Positions 18,845-28,609 of a DNA stretch of 60,193 nucleotides are shown here, one piece after another. A model generated the notes under the pieces. The model saw only the letters and a program-made list of their open reading frames with translations, did no database searches and was not told the origin of the DNA. The stretch comes from a virus. Lineage: Duplodnaviria > Caudoviricetes. The stretch covers positions 1-60,193 of the IMG/VR virus record IMGVR_UViG_3300012201_000003. One strand, given 5' to 3'. Positions within the stretch are counted from its first letter, which is position 1. Every line of letters starts with the position of its first letter. The translations under genes were made by a program, and so were the position numbers.

Positions 18845-19576
18845 TCACGTCACGCTCCCGTTCTTCGATGCGGCGATGACGTTGCGGGCCTCACGGCGCG
18901 ACACACCCTGATTGTCCGCCAGGGCACGCTCGCTCAGCGGAGCGCCGAGCGTGACACTGGCCCGGTACGCCTCCACCGCTCTCGGCGGCACCGACTTGGC
19001 GCGGCTGCCACGCGGCTGCCTGGCTCCAACGGGCCGGGGCGTCGCGTTGGCACGCGGCCGGCCCGGTGCAACCGGCGTTGCAGTGCCCGGCCCGGCGCAG
19101 ACGTCCACATGGGCATCGGCAAGCTGTTGGCCGGGCCGGGGCAAGTCGGTGGTCCGTTCCGGCTGGTCCGCTGTGGTCCGCTTCAGAACGCCGAGCGCGA
19201 CGAACAACGCGAGCGCGGCGGCGACCGGCGGTGCGCCGTAGGTGAGCCGTGTGGGCCAGTCAGCGGACCACGCGTCGCCCACGTTCCCCGCCACCGAACC
19301 AGCGAGGCCCACGGCGGTCAGCGCCCATCCGGCGAGGCGGTGCCACCAGCGGGAGCCGTGGACCACGAGGGCGAACACGGTCAGCTCGCCCACCACAATG
19401 AACACATCGACCATGAGCGGGAAGCCGAGCGCCCGCCACTCGGGCAGGCCATGGCCGAGCGCCCAGTGCAGCAGCCCGTCGTAGCTCTCGGCGAACGCGG
19501 CGGCGTCGGCGAGGACGCACGCGGCGGCGATGGTGCGCAGCGCGGCGGCCCGGGCCCGGGCCAGGGCGCCGTTCAC
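18845..19576 (-). CDS. DUF2637/SpdA-like membrane protein
   Basis: AFAESY, FPLMVD, SVAGNV, APPVAA; four TMs and an HTH-like tail. Confidence 0.8.
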   Translation of the reverse strand: MNGALARARAAALRTIAAACVLADAAAFAESYDGLLHWALGHGLPEWRALGFPLMVDVFIVVGELTVFALVVHGSRWWHRLAGWALTAVGLAGSVAGNVGDAWSADWPTRLTYGAPPVAAALALFVALGVLKRTTADQPERTTDLPRPGQQLADAHVDVCAGPGTATPVAPGRPRANATPRPVGARQPRGSRAKSVPPRAVEAYRASVTLGAPLSERALADNQGVSRREARNVIAASKNGSVT

Positions 19577-20415
19577 AGCCGGCCGCCCTGCACCTCGACG
19601 TTGCCGGCGGGCGGGATCACGGTCGGGCCGAGCACAACCTCGGCGGTGACCCGGGCCAGGTCCCGGACCATGACACTGTCCAGCCCGATCTGCTCGGAGG
19701 CGTCGAGAACCTGGTCGGTGACGACGGCGAGGTGGCGGACGCAGGCCAGGCGCGGGAACACCCACCCGGTCGAGACGAGATACCGGGCCAGGACCCCGCA
19801 CGGCCGGGCCCGGGGGGGCGGCTCCCATCCGCACGGCAGGCTGGCCAGCGGCATCCGGTGCGGCATCAGGCGGTCCTCCCGCCGGCACGCGTGGCATACG
19901 ATCTCCGGGGCCGAGCTGGCGCTCCGCGTGACTGGCAGCCGGCAGCGGGAGCACTGGTCGGCGCTCACGCGTGCCCCCAGCCGTGAGCCAGCGCACGGCG
20001 GACGTCCGGCCTCAGGCTGGACTTCAGGACCGGGACCTGGAGCGGCGGGCTGGCACCGATCAGGTCGAACAGGTAGTGGCGGGCCGACCCGGTGGTGAAC
20101 ACGCGGAACCGGCAGCCGAAGGCGCCGTTGACCTCGGCGACGTACTGCTTGGCCTGGAGCTGCGGCGGGAACCCGTTCACCACGGCACCTCGGCCGGCGG
20201 GGTCGCGGCCGACACCGCCGCCTCCTCCGCTGACCTCGCGGCGGCGATCGACTGCTGGTCGGCCTCCTCGGCGTGCGCGGAGGCTTGCTCGGCGTACTGG
20301 TTGGCCTCGTCCGCGTAGTCGTTGGCGAGCAGGCAGAACGCGCGGGCGCGGCGGACGTTCCACCACGACACGGCCAGGGCCGCCAGGCTGACAGCCAGCG
20401 TCACAAGGCTGGGGA

Positions 20416-20934
20416 TCACTGTGTCCACGCCCTCGCGCGGGCGGCCTCGAACTCCTCGGCCGTCACCTGCTCCAGTGTCGCGATGTGCGCCGCGCCCAGC
20501 TCGCCCTCGACCTCGACCTCGGAGAACCACTCGCCGTACCGCCAGCCCCGCTCGTAGCCCTGCCGCATCGTGTCCAGCACCGGGGCGATCGCGGCAGCCG
20601 CGTCGGCGTCGGTGATGTCCTCCGGGTACGACGCGCGCTCGCGGGCCGCCAGCTCCTCCAGCGGCCACACCTGCCCCCAGACCAGCAGCGGCCGGGGGGC
20701 CATCGGGGCGACGTACCAGCGGCGGACGTAAGCGCCGTGCGGGATGGCCTTCTGCGCGTCGGTGGCGGCGGCGAGCATCCGCTGCTCGTCCCGCCGGGCC
20801 GTCTCGAATGCGAGCCGCAACGCGGTCGCCGAGTCCGGGGCGGCGCCCGCGATCATCCGGGCTTCCATGTCCGGGGTGGTGAACTCGACGTCGGCCAGGA
20901 CAACCGTGCCGTCCTTGGCGAAGTACTGGATCAT
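20416..20934 (-). CDS. hypothetical phage protein
   Basis: FSEVEVEGELG motif; RBS present. Confidence 0.6.
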   Translation of the reverse strand: MIQYFAKDGTVVLADVEFTTPDMEARMIAGAAPDSATALRLAFETARRDEQRMLAAATDAQKAIPHGAYVRRWYVAPMAPRPLLVWGQVWPLEELAARERASYPEDITDADAAAAIAPVLDTMRQGYERGWRYGEWFSEVEVEGELGAAHIATLEQVTAEEFEAARARAWTQ

Positions 20935-21353
20935 GACCGGTCCTCTCTGGCGTCGATGAGCCGCCGCACCTTCGCGGCGGCGGACACCGCATCCTCGCCC
21001 GGGTGCCCCAAGTCCCGCAGGCCGTGCTCGGCGGCGGCGGCCCCGGTGGGGTGCAGCGGGACCGGGCAGGTGTACGACAGCGCCGACTCGTCCAGGCTGC
21101 CGGACAGGACGCCGAGCCGGACCGCTAGCAGGTCGCGGGGGGCGCGGTAGCCGGCCCAGCCGGCACACACCCGCTCGGGGGTGCTGTGGCAGTGGAACGC
21201 GCCCAGTGCCCCGGTGAGCGCCTGCTGCCCGGCCGGGCCGTCATAGCCGGGCAGCTTGGCGTACTCCTCAGCAGCCCACAGCCCGCTCGGCGCATCGAGC
21301 CGGTACGGGCACGTGACGCACGGCTGGGACCGGACCTTGGCAGGCTCAGCCAT
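20931..21353 (-). CDS. DUF6283-like protein
   Basis: PCVTCPYRLDAPSGLW...EYAKL...CH...CAGW. Confidence 0.75.
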   Translation of the reverse strand: MAEPAKVRSQPCVTCPYRLDAPSGLWAAEEYAKLPGYDGPAGQQALTGALGAFHCHSTPERVCAGWAGYRAPRDLLAVRLGVLSGSLDESALSYTCPVPLHPTGAAAAEHGLRDLGHPGEDAVSAAAKVRRLIDAREDRS

Positions 21354-21714
21354 CGGACGCACCGGCCTTCGCGGCGGCCCGGCGGGCCAGCCACGGCTTG
21401 ATGTCCGACCACGCCCACTGCGGGGCGTCGCGGATCGTGACCTGGTGAGTGCCGCCGCCGCCCCGGTTGGCGACGTTGACCTTCCGGTCCGCCGTCAAGA
21501 CAGGGCCGGGCAGGTCACCCGGCCACGGCGTCCCGGCGGCCGACCGCTTGCGGGACAGGTGCAGCAGCACCGTCACCGCCTTGGCCGACCGGTAGCCGGC
21601 CAGCCGCGCGACGTCCTCGGTGAACAGCAGCAACTCCGGCGACCCGGGCAGGTCACACCGGCAGCCAGCCTGGTCGCAGAACATCATCGGCGGCGAGTTG
21701 AAGTGAGCCGTCAT
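21346..21714 (-). CDS. AlpA/excisionase-like HTH protein
   Basis: LLFTEDVARLAG...PQW...IKPWLARR. Confidence 0.6.
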   Translation of the reverse strand: MTAHFNSPPMMFCDQAGCRCDLPGSPELLLFTEDVARLAGYRSAKAVTVLLHLSRKRSAAGTPWPGDLPGPVLTADRKVNVANRGGGGTHQVTIRDAPQWAWSDIKPWLARRAAAKAGASDG

Positions 21715-22100
21715 CGTTCCTCTACCTCCGCCGGCGGTTCCACGCCCGGGTAGTCGCTAGCGGTTTCTTGTCTGGCCACCTTTGGGCGCGGTCCGATCCG
21801 TTCCAGCCAGGCATGGAAAGCGCGCATTTCCCGGGTCGCTGCCCGGCCGCTCTCGCTGTGAGCGTCATGCACAGCGAGCGAAAAGTCGCCGAAGTAGTCT
21901 TTCACTGTGTTCACGCGCATATCGCGACGACGAGCTGCTGCCACGATCAGGCGCCGGAACACGTCTTGGTTCGCTACGCGATAAGCGATCTGGCCGAGGC
22001 CGGTGCAACTGATCTCGTCAAGGATCTTCTCAGCCCATGCGTCGGTTCCGAAGCGCAGACGCACCTGCCTCGGGGTGCAGGGATCATTCATCAGGTCCAC
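21711..22100 (-). CDS. hypothetical protein of lower GC
   Basis: Visibly more A/T-rich codons than neighbours. Confidence 0.55.
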   Translation of the reverse strand: MDLMNDPCTPRQVRLRFGTDAWAEKILDEISCTGLGQIAYRVANQDVFRRLIVAAARRRDMRVNTVKDYFGDFSLAVHDAHSESGRAATREMRAFHAWLERIGPRPKVARQETASDYPGVEPPAEVEER

Positions 22101-22130
22101 CTCTCCAGTGGTGCTTAGGCGGGCGCCACG

Positions 22131-22161
22131 CCCTCCCGGGGGGGGTGGGAGGACGTGGCGC
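22131..22161 (-). terminator. hairpin after the DUF932 gene
   Basis: gcgccacg-cctccc...gggagg-cgtggcgc inverted repeat. Confidence 0.55.
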
Positions 22162-22167
22162 GACCGG

Positions 22168-23463
22168 TCAGGCGCGGGCCGCGACCCGGGCCGCGCTGGC
22201 CAGGATCTTCTCGGCCTCAGCCTGGATCTCGTAGGCGTCGTCCGCGTCGCCGACGGTCTGCGCGAACGCGGTCGCGGCCTGCATCACGCCGCCGGCCGTC
22301 TCCTGGCCGCCCCGCCAGAAGAACCCCAGCAGGTCGTCCACCGCGCTCTTGGGCAGCGACGACGACTGGGCGACCACCTCGGTGATGACGGCCTTGGCGT
22401 CGGTGACCGGCACGCCCGCCTTGGCGGTCAGCTCGGCGACCTGGCGTTCCAGCCAGTCGGTGTTCAGGAACCCGGCCACCGTGTCGCGGGTCCTGGCCGC
22501 GATCAGGGACAGTTCCTTGTCGATGGTGTCCTGGGACCAGTTGATGACGCCCTGCTCCTGCCGGGCGCCGAGGTGGGTGCGGTCGAACGCGGCGGCCAGG
22601 GTCAGCCCGTTCTTGCAGACCCGGACCCGGATCTCCGGGCGGATCGAGAACCCGCCCTGCCCGACCTCGCTGTTGCGGATGACGAACCCGGCGAACACGA
22701 CGGGCTCGGTGCCGGGCGCGTAGCCCTGGCCCTCGCGGGCCGCGGCGGCGAGCGCGTCCGGGACGGCCCAGCCGCCGGCGTCCCACTCGACACCTGCCGG
22801 GCCCTGGCCGCCGGGGAACGGGTTGCGGTAGCCCCCCAGCAGGCCGGGGGCCAGCGCGGCGACCTCGGGGGCGCGGACCCGGACGTACATGCGCCGGTCC
22901 GTCAGGTCACACGAGTCGACCTGGACCTGGACGCCGGCGTCGCGGATGCCGGTCAGCGCGGCCACGAGAACGTCGAGGTTGTCGATGATCGCGTACTTGT
23001 CGGACAGCATCGCGCGGGCCACGCCGTGGCTGGCGTCGTCGGCGCGGAACAGCCGCAGCAGGAACGAGCGCGGGTCCGGCGGAACGATGACGTTGCCGTC
23101 GCGGGCGGGGAAGTTGCCGCCCTCGGGCCAGCCGTAGTCGGTCAGTCCGTGGAGCCAGCCGTTGACGTTGGCGTCCCACAGGTCCGGCCGCAGCTCCCGC
23201 ATGCGGCGCACGTACTGGAGGTTGATCCCCAGCTTCTCGGCGACGCCCTCGTCGAACACGGCGGTCGGCTGGTAGGTGCCGGCCACGGAGGTGACCCCGT
23301 CGTCGTTCATGATGGCCTGGTCGCCGCTGATGACGACTTGCCCGCCCTGGGCGTGGAACCCGGCGGCGTTGACGATCAGGTCGAGGCGGCGGGCGCGGCC
23401 TGTCTCCAGGATCTGCCGCAGCGTCCCGATGTCGGCGTTCCTGGCGGTCAGTTGGTTACTCAT
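22168..23463 (-). CDS. DUF932 family protein
   Basis: RAMLSDKY, IDNLDVL, NSEVGQG, VCKNGL, HLG. Confidence 0.8.
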   Translation of the reverse strand: MSNQLTARNADIGTLRQILETGRARRLDLIVNAAGFHAQGGQVVISGDQAIMNDDGVTSVAGTYQPTAVFDEGVAEKLGINLQYVRRMRELRPDLWDANVNGWLHGLTDYGWPEGGNFPARDGNVIVPPDPRSFLLRLFRADDASHGVARAMLSDKYAIIDNLDVLVAALTGIRDAGVQVQVDSCDLTDRRMYVRVRAPEVAALAPGLLGGYRNPFPGGQGPAGVEWDAGGWAVPDALAAAAREGQGYAPGTEPVVFAGFVIRNSEVGQGGFSIRPEIRVRVCKNGLTLAAAFDRTHLGARQEQGVINWSQDTIDKELSLIAARTRDTVAGFLNTDWLERQVAELTAKAGVPVTDAKAVITEVVAQSSSLPKSAVDDLLGFFWRGGQETAGGVMQAATAFAQTVGDADDAYEIQAEAEKILASAARVAARA

Positions 23464-23545
23464 CTGATGCTTCACCCTCTCCAGGTGATCCGCCCCCCGG
23501 CCCCTGTGACCCGGGGGGCACGATACTAGTAGTGTACACGTCGTG

Positions 23546-23635
23546 TCAGCACACGCAACCGGAACAGTTGCAGTTGCACGACGCCTGGCAGGTGCAGCGG
23601 TTCGTCCCGCAGCAGTTGCCCTCCGGGTCGCCCAT
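23546..23635 (-). CDS. 29-aa metallothionein-like Cys-rich microprotein (absent from ORF track)
   Basis: MGDPEGNCCGTNRCTCQASCNCNCSGCVC-stop; RBS GGAGGGAGG upstream. Confidence 0.65.
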   Translation of the reverse strand: MGDPEGNCCGTNRCTCQASCNCNCSGCVC

Positions 23636-25349
23636 TCGCTTACCTCCCTCCAGCCGAAGCGCGGGCGATCCTGACTACCAGGTCCCCCTCCTCGTCGAAC
23701 CCGACCGGGCACCCCAGCTCGCCGAGCCGGCGGGCAGCGCCCCGCTCGCCGTGCACCAGCTTGAGCGCCATGGCGATGCCCAGCCACTCGATGCTCGCGG
23801 CGACCGCCGTCACCTTCTCATCAGGGCTCAGCTCCGCCGAGCCCGCCACGTCCAGCAGCCGCACCGTGACGTCACTCATCGTCGCCGCCCCCCTCCGGCT
23901 GCGCGGCTGGCGGCGACGTGCTCGCGGATGACAGCCTCGCAGAACGGCCGGAAGACGAACGGGTGACGGCGCTTGTCGTACCCGGCCGCATCAAGGGCGC
24001 CCATCGCCGCCTGCCACGCCGCGTACACCGGCTTGTGCGTGTCGTACCACGCCAGCCAGCCGGCACTATCGACTGGCAGGTCGTCGGCGTCGTTCTCGAA
24101 CGCGTCACCGGCGGCCTGAGACGCGGTCAGCTTGCCGTCGGCGGCCAGGGCGGCCTTGGCGGCCCTGTACAGCTTGCTGGTGGTCATCCGGTCACCTCTC
24201 CAGGGGTGTCGTGCTCGTGGGCTTCCGTGCGGTCGCAGTCCGGGCAGCGGCCGAAGATCGCGCGGACCAGCCGCAGCTCCCGGTTCGCCGGGTCGGCGGG
24301 CGGCAGGCACGACCCGTCGTGCTCGCCCGGCTGGTGCCCTGCCGTGCAATAGGTGCGGGCGGCCCGGCCCGATGCGCAAGGCCCGCAGACCGCCGCGTTC
24401 GGCTCGGCCCGCTGCGGGTCGCCGACCGTGAACTCGACGGGCACGTCGGCCAGCTTGCAGACCAGGCAGCGGATCGGGATCGTGATCACCAGCCGGGCCA
24501 GCGCCTCCACCTTGACGATCACCTTGCCCGCCAGGGCCGTCTCGCCGGCACGGGCAAGCCCGGCATGGGCGGCCCGGAGCGCGTCGTAGTCGGCGCGGGC
24601 CCACGACAGCCCGGCGTAGGTCTGGGCGTACTTGCTGGGCGCGGGCGCCGGCAGCGTGCGCTTGGCGGTCATCGTTGTTCCCCCCTTCTCGGACCGGATC
24701 GGAGATCCGGCCCCGTCCTCCAAGTGCTCGAAGTACCCGTGCAGGCTGCGATCGCTGCCGGGGTGGCTGTGTTCGAGGGTCTGGCCCTGGTACTCGTGCC
24801 TGTGCATCGTCATGACGCCCTCGCCAGGGTGGTCATGGCTTTCGGGTCGGGGCTGCCGTACGACACCCACGGCAGCGAGTCGTCGCCGGGCTTGGGGACG
24901 CACACCAGGGTCATGTGGGCGAACGAGCGGGGCAGGTCATCGGGCGACACCCAGAACGTGCGGGGCGACGGCCCGTCCGACCAGATCACGCCCCGGGTCA
25001 CGATGCCCTCGCCGCGCTGCGAGTCGGTACGGGTGTAGCCGATCGGCTTACCGGGCGCGTACTGGCCGGGCTGGTAGTCGCGGGCGGCGGGCATCTTCCA
25101 TGATGGCCGGACCCGGCGGCACCACGGGGGCGCCGGGGCGGCCTGCCAGTCGGCCACCTCGATGTCGGTGGCGGCGACCCGGACGGAGCCATCCGCTTCG
25201 GCGCAGGCGCAGTGGCTGGGCTGCGGGCCGGCAGCGGTGTTGCGGTACTCGGGGTGCCCGCACTCCTTGTAGCCGGTGTACTCAATGTCGGTGGTGGTCA
25301 TTCTCGGTGTCCTCTCCAGGGGACCGGAGCGGCCCGCTGGCCCCTCCAC

Positions 25350-25382
25350 TACTAACTATACCCCGTCCCGATACCAGTTAAC
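25350..25382 (-). promoter_or_regulatory. leftward promoter, copy 1
   Basis: GTTAACTGGTATCGGGA, then TATAGT -10. Confidence 0.6.
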
Positions 25383-26322
25383 CGGGCGGGGGGCCGAGGA
25401 TCTTCACCAGCTCCCGCCGCAGCACGGCCAGGCCCAGCGACCAGTGCGCGGACGCGGCGCGGCGCGGCGTCAGCCGGCGCCCCGCCCACTCCCGCACCAG
25501 TTCCAGCCGCGCCGCCGCCTGGGCCGGCTGCTCCAGCCCGGAGTGCATGTACGCCAGCCGGGCCAGGGCAGCAGCCTCGTACCGGCCGCCCTCGAACCGT
25601 GACCGCCACGGCGCCCCCAGCTCGGCGCACGTCTCGCACCTGGCCATCAGGTCGCCGTCCGGCAGGCCGGAGAACACCACCCGGTGCAGCCTGCCGCGCA
25701 CGCCGGCGGGGACCGCCGGCCGTGGCCAGTTCCGCCCGGTGACCGTGGTCGCCGGCGGGTCCGGCGGGCCGGCCGGGCACCAAGCCCGGTGCGTCCGCCA
25801 CACCGTGGCGCCGACCCCGCAGATGCACGCGGAGCCCGGGGCGGCGCTCACCCCGGCAGCATTCCGCCGGCGACCGCCCGGTCGATGACGTCCATGGCGG
25901 CCGAGGCGAGCCGGTTCGCGGCGGCCTGGCGGCGCAGCGCGGCGATCTCGCGGCCGGCGATCTCAGCCGCCCGGCGCAGCCGCTCCGGGTCCGGGCCGGC
26001 CCAGGCGACCGCGACGTCGGCGATCAGGTCCGCGAACCGGTCGGTGCCCTCGCTGCACAGGCAGCCGATCCAGCCGTGCCGGTGGCAGGGCTCCGGCCGC
26101 TCCTGCACGCGGCGGGGCGGCAGCTTAGCGACCAGCGCGGCGTGCGCTGCGGCCTCCTGCTCAGGGGTGTAACTCATGGTGATCCTCTCCAGGGATTCAG
26201 TTAACAACGGCGCGGGCTGTCAACGCACCCGCCGCGCGCGCCGGGCCTCGGCGCGGTCGCTCTTGACGGTCATTTCCGGTGTCCTCGCCAGGGAACCGGG
26301 GGGCCGGACAGCCCTCCGCTAC

Positions 26323-26352
26323 CAATAGTAGCGTATCCCGATACCAGTTAAC
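26323..26352 (-). promoter_or_regulatory. leftward promoter, copy 2
   Basis: Same 17-bp GTTAACTGGTATCGGGA, then TACTAT -10. Confidence 0.6.
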
Positions 26353-26484
26353 AAGCTGGGTTTTCGCCCGAACCCGGGGACGGCCAGCCCGGCAATCCGT
26401 ACCGTGCCCGGTGACAGGCGCTGATCCCGGCAGGACCAGCACACCGGCTCCCCGGCGGGCGCGACCAACCACCATCGGAGACGC

Positions 26485-27525
26485 ATGTCCAGACACCGCG
26501 CAGCGCCCCGCCACGCCCGGCCGCCACGCCGCCGCCTAGCCCGCTACGCCCTCGCCGCCGCCCTAGTCGCCGGGCTGACGGCGGGGGCGCTGTCCGCTGC
26601 CGGCGGCACCGCCGCGCCCGCCGCCAGCTACGGGGCGATCGCGGCCCTCCCGCCGCTGCCCGTCCGGGGCAGCCACGACAACGCCCGGCTCGCCGAGCTG
26701 AAGCAGTCCGCCGCGCTGCTGCGGACCCGGGCCATCCGCCGCGACGCCGCCAGGACCAGAGCCCGCCAGCTCGCCGCTGCGGCAGCCACCGCCGCGCCGC
26801 CGCCCGCCCCGGCCCCGGTCCCGTCCGGCAGCCCGCAGCAGATCGCCAGCGGCATGCTCGCGTCCTACGGCTGGGACGCTTCCCAGTTCTCCTGCCTTGA
26901 CGCCCTATGGACGCGGGAGAGCGGCTGGGACGTCAACGCCACCAACCCGTCCAGCGGCGCCTACGGCATCCCCCAGGCCCTCCCCGGGTCGAAGATGGCC
27001 ACCGCCGGCGCCGACTGGCAGACCAGCGCCGCAACCCAGATCACCTGGGGGCTCGGCTACATCAGGGACACCTACGGGTCGCCCTGCGGTGCCTGGTCCC
27101 GCGAGCAGTCCGACGGCTACTACTCCGCCGGCGCCCGCCTGCTCACCGCCTCCGTCACCGCGCCCAAACGGCTCCGCGCACTGCGCTGGGCCGAGCACTA
27201 CAAGGGCTGCTGGTATAGCTGGGGCGGCACCGGGCCGTGCTCACGCGGCTTCGACTGCTCCGGCCTGGTCTACGCGGCGTACCGGCACCAGGGCTTCGCG
27301 ATCCCCCGCACCACGTACGGCATGCTCGGCTGGCGGCGGCTCAAGCGCGTCGCCCGCCCCCGCCGGGGCGACCTCGCGTTCTACGGCCCCGGCCACGTCG
27401 AGCTGGTCACCCGGCTCTGGCACGTCACGTTCGGCGCCCACGACGCCGGCACCAGAGTCGGCTACATCCGGTGGAACCGGTTCTGGGAGCCGACCGCGTT
27501 CTACCACGTCCGGGGCTCCGGCTAG
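26485..27525 (+). CDS. secreted lytic transglycosylase fused to NlpC/P60 peptidase
   Basis: Signal peptide; LWTRESGW, NPSSGAYGIPQALP, WGLGYI; YSWGG...FDCSGL...GDL...HV. Confidence 0.9.
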   Translation: MSRHRAAPRHARPPRRRLARYALAAALVAGLTAGALSAAGGTAAPAASYGAIAALPPLPVRGSHDNARLAELKQSAALLRTRAIRRDAARTRARQLAAAAATAAPPPAPAPVPSGSPQQIASGMLASYGWDASQFSCLDALWTRESGWDVNATNPSSGAYGIPQALPGSKMATAGADWQTSAATQITWGLGYIRDTYGSPCGAWSREQSDGYYSAGARLLTASVTAPKRLRALRWAEHYKGCWYSWGGTGPCSRGFDCSGLVYAAYRHQGFAIPRTTYGMLGWRRLKRVARPRRGDLAFYGPGHVELVTRLWHVTFGAHDAGTRVGYIRWNRFWEPTAFYHVRGSG

Positions 27526-28151
27526 AGCACCTTCACCGACTCCAGCAGCACCTTGACCGACTGGAGTTTCTGCCACGTGTCAGCGTCGCCGCCGCCGTGG
27601 TCCGGGTGCAGCCGCCGGGCCAGCCGCCGGTAGACCTGGTCCGGCGTGCCGCCCTCCAGCTCGCCGAAGTCGCGCAGCGCCGACGTCATCCAGGCGATCG
27701 CGCGGCGCGGGTTCTCCAGGTCCGGGTCGGGCGCCGACGGGCCCGCCCCGATCGCGGGCCGGAACCCGACGTACTGCTCGCCCCTCGACACGCCGTACCT
27801 GTCGACGGCGCGCAGCGCGGTCAGCGCCAGCGCGACCGCCCGCACGTTGTCCCGCCAGTAGGTGTACTCGGCGGTCGCGAACCGCTGCCTGCCGTGCCTG
27901 GACTCGAACACGACCCGGACGCCGGGGTGCCGGGGCGCGGCGGGGGGCCTGACCGAGTGCCGGTCACGGGTCAGCGACCCCATCTCGGTGTCGATCTCGA
28001 CCACGACCAGGCCCGCGTCCAGTCGCCCTGTCTCGTCGGCGAGCAGCCGCAGCGTCTGGTTCCACGTCGACCGGAACGTCGCCTCCCGGTGCCCCGGCTT
28101 CGCGGTCCACGGCTCGGACCACGGGCCAAGTTCCCATCGCATGCCGCTCAT
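27522..28151 (-). CDS. phage protein with C-terminal J-domain
   Basis: DNVRAVALALTALRAVDRYG...QYVGF; YRRLARRLHPD. Confidence 0.8.
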   Translation of the reverse strand: MSGMRWELGPWSEPWTAKPGHREATFRSTWNQTLRLLADETGRLDAGLVVVEIDTEMGSLTRDRHSVRPPAAPRHPGVRVVFESRHGRQRFATAEYTYWRDNVRAVALALTALRAVDRYGVSRGEQYVGFRPAIGAGPSAPDPDLENPRRAIAWMTSALRDFGELEGGTPDQVYRRLARRLHPDHGGGDADTWQKLQSVKVLLESVKVL

Positions 28152-28609
28152 TGGTCGTCCTCTCCAGTCCAGATACTCCAGCAGAACTCGCCGTCGAGCA
28201 GGATCAGGCCCCGGTCCCACGACAGCACCGGGACGCGGGCCGGGTCGCCGTGCGACGGCACGACCCACCCGGCGGCATCGGCCCGGTTGTGGTGCGCCCA
28301 GCCGTGGCAGCCCGTTGTCCCGGACCCGCAGAGCGCGGCCCGGTTCTCCGGGCCGTCGGAGCCGCCCTGGGAGCGGAGCTGGCGGTGGTGGCACGACCAG
28401 CTCGGCGACCGGGGCTCGCCGAGCGGCCGGCCGCAGCGCAGGCACCGGCCGCTCTCCCGCAGCCACACGCCCTCCCGGACGTCATAGCCCGCAGGGCCGG
28501 TCAGGGCCGGCTGCTGATGGCCAGGCCCGACGTCCCGCCAAAGCAGTTCCACCCCGGCGGCAAGCCGCCCCAGCCGTCCTTCTCGGCCGTCGCCGTCAGT
28601 TGCAGGCAC
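28148..28609 (-). CDS. HNH endonuclease (start uncertain)
   Basis: CLRCG...HHRQLRSQGG...N...LCGSGTTGCH. Confidence 0.8.
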   Translation of the reverse strand: MPATDGDGREGRLGRLAAGVELLWRDVGPGHQQPALTGPAGYDVREGVWLRESGRCLRCGRPLGEPRSPSWSCHHRQLRSQGGSDGPENRAALCGSGTTGCHGWAHHNRADAAGWVVPSHGDPARVPVLSWDRGLILLDGEFCWSIWTGEDDQ

